Notes under the pieces: generated by a model
Databases searched by the model: none
What the model saw: only the letters and a program-made list of their open reading frames with translations
Told to the model about the DNA's origin: nothing
Shown here: positions 62,273-64,000 of the stretch, one piece after another
How positions within the stretch are numbered: position 1 is the stretch's first letter
How the letters are laid out: each line of letters starts with the position of its first letter
DNA from: Phoronis australis
Taxonomy: Eukaryota > Animalia > Phoronida
NCBI GenBank assembly: GCA_002633005.1
Contig: NMRA01000405.1
Coordinates: forward strand, 249,009 to 313,008
Reading direction: 5' to 3'
Length of the DNA: 64,000 nt
Program-made: the position numbers and the translations under genes

Positions 62273-63980
62273 ATGCCTCGTCAGTCAGCTCGTCCATCCA
62301 ACTCACCGTATTCTCGCTCTTCACCGGCACACCCTCACTCCTCTACATCGTCTGCGACGTCCTCGACTCCGCCCTTTGAACCAGCGCCGGACGTTTCCAC
62401 CGTAGTTTCGTCGGTTATCCAGCAACTTCGCCAGGATCCATCTCTCCTCTCCGTGCCGCCGTCGGTCTCAGCGCCCCTGCCAGCTGCTCCGTCGGTCATC
62501 ACTGTGCAGCCTCCATCGCTGCCTCTACCTTCAACCGTCCATCCGCCGACCAACGACCAGCCGTTGCCCATCACTCTTCCCCCGGTCTCGGGTACCGACA
62601 TTTTACCGTTAGAGTTTAATGTCGATGATAAGGTCCGCCGCATGATTGTTTCGAATCAATTTGTTGATTTTTATTCCCTACCTCGCCCGATCAACATCCA
62701 TCTTCCTCGACGTTATCTCTCACCGTACAGGAAGGCCATCAGATCCTTACTTCGACTCCGAAGTCAAAATCCCTCCAGTCCTGTCATGAGTGGTGCATGG
62801 CATTTCTCGTTTACATGAGCATTTATACCACCGCCCACCCCCAACAGTCCCCCACCTTTGCAAATACGCCCACACCATCCTTACCTTCATCTCCACCTTC
62901 GGTTTTCACCATGCCATGTCGTAGTAGTACTACGACCAGCAGTTCCGCAAACTCCGCGCCCGGTTCCCTTCCCACGCCCCTTGGCACTCCATCAATCAGG
63001 AGCTGTGGGTTCAGACCTCCCTCAGGTCCCACCAATCCTCCTCCCCCAAACCACCTCTCAGTCCTCATCGCACCCCTGGCTACTGCTGGTCCTACTACTC
63101 CCACACCTGCCGTAAGCCCCCCCCCCCCCNCCCCCACTCAGTGTCCCTACCTCCATGTCTGCTCCTCTTGCAATGAAAAGCACCCGGCTAAGTCTTGTCG
63201 CAGGCAGCCCCCCCACGCCTGCTTCTACCCCTCCTCCTCCCGTTAAGGGCAGACGAATTTAATCTTCCGTCCCCCTACCCCTCCCCTCATCCGTTTTGCC
63301 CATTCTTGCCTCCAACCTCCCTTCCCTCACCGTTATCAGTATTGCCTGCCCCGTCCCTGTTAGTCACTTTGTATTATTTCGCCAGTTTACTTAGGGTCAG
63401 TTTCTTTTCTCAGTTAATTAATACTGTTATATTGTTTATATCGTCACTTTGGGTACTTCAGTTTCTGTTAGCCGCTCTTTTTTATATCTTAGGCACTTTC
63501 TCTTATGTTTCGGGCTTAGCCCTGCATAGCCTCTGTAACATTTTCAGTTCGTGCTGTTGTTCGTTTACGGGGTCCTTATATACCTCTTTCCTTATCTTAC
63601 TTATGGTACTTTCGTTTCACTCCGCCGTGTATCTTGTTTTTCCTGTTTACAACTTTGCCACTTTGCCTCATTGTTTTGTTCAGTCTTCCATGTATTACTT
63701 TTGTATTTTTAGCCTTACTCTAGTTCTATTCGTTACCGCCACGACACCAGGGTGAGTTCACACCCGGCAGCTGTTGCAGCACTTGGGTAAACGTACCTCC
63801 CCCTCCAGCCTTGGCCCCTGGAGTTAGGGTTTGGTATCCGGCTGCCAGCCTCTGTAAGTATGCGAATCTACACAATACCTCCTTTTCCTCCCTTTTCTTT
63901 TGGTGCGTCCCTGCGGATGGGCATGAGATGTCTTCAACATCTCTCGTGGCGCTTTTTATTGCCCATCTTTCCAGAGATTA
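62273..63980 (+). mobile_element. Degenerate Ngaro/DIRS-type tyrosine-recombinase retrotransposon (gag-like ORF1 plus start of YR)
   Basis: PLEFNVDDKVRRMIVSNQFVDFYSL, then across frameshifts EWCMAFLVYMSIYTTAHP..LCKYAHTI..YYDQQFRKLRA..WHSINQELW..CWSYY..CPYLHVCSSCNEKHPAKSC; ~63808-63975 ALAPGVRVWY..VALFIAHLS resembles the recombinase N-terminal domain. Confidence 0.8.
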
Positions 63981-64000
63981 TTATTTTATCTTTATGTTAT

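Noticed and set aside
63195-63755. 186-aa hydrophobic ORF
   Set aside because: Product of a C/T-rich low-complexity tract inside the decayed retroelement; no recognisable domain.

Overview
Eukaryotic (invertebrate-animal-like, AT-rich, GT-AG introns) genomic DNA with one 634-N gap (3325-3958). Four host genes can be built by hand with consistent splice phases: an intronless purple acid phosphatase (ACP7-like, +, 5001-6437), a 6-exon GH3-domain protein (GHDC-like, -, 11955-23896), a 15-exon CCDC13 (+, 33286-48767) and a 3-exon SEM1/DSS1 (-, 53193-58187). The rest is a dense transposon landscape. It includes a young Kolobok-type element with perfect 158-bp TIRs spanning the gap and inserted in a Penelope remnant, a hAT-type element with a 5-bp TSD, Harbinger-like MITEs, a Helentron-associated element, remnants of LINE, Penelope, Academ, hAT and THAP proteins, two minimal hammerhead-ribozyme-like motifs, a terminally redundant tRNA-containing repeat and an internally deleted Ngaro/DIRS element. 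The most unusual pattern is that several short tandem arrays are anchored on splice sites, one of them marking a candidate in-frame cassette exon in SEM1. I see no CRISPR array or prokaryotic system. All family calls rest on motif recognition by eye, not on database searches.
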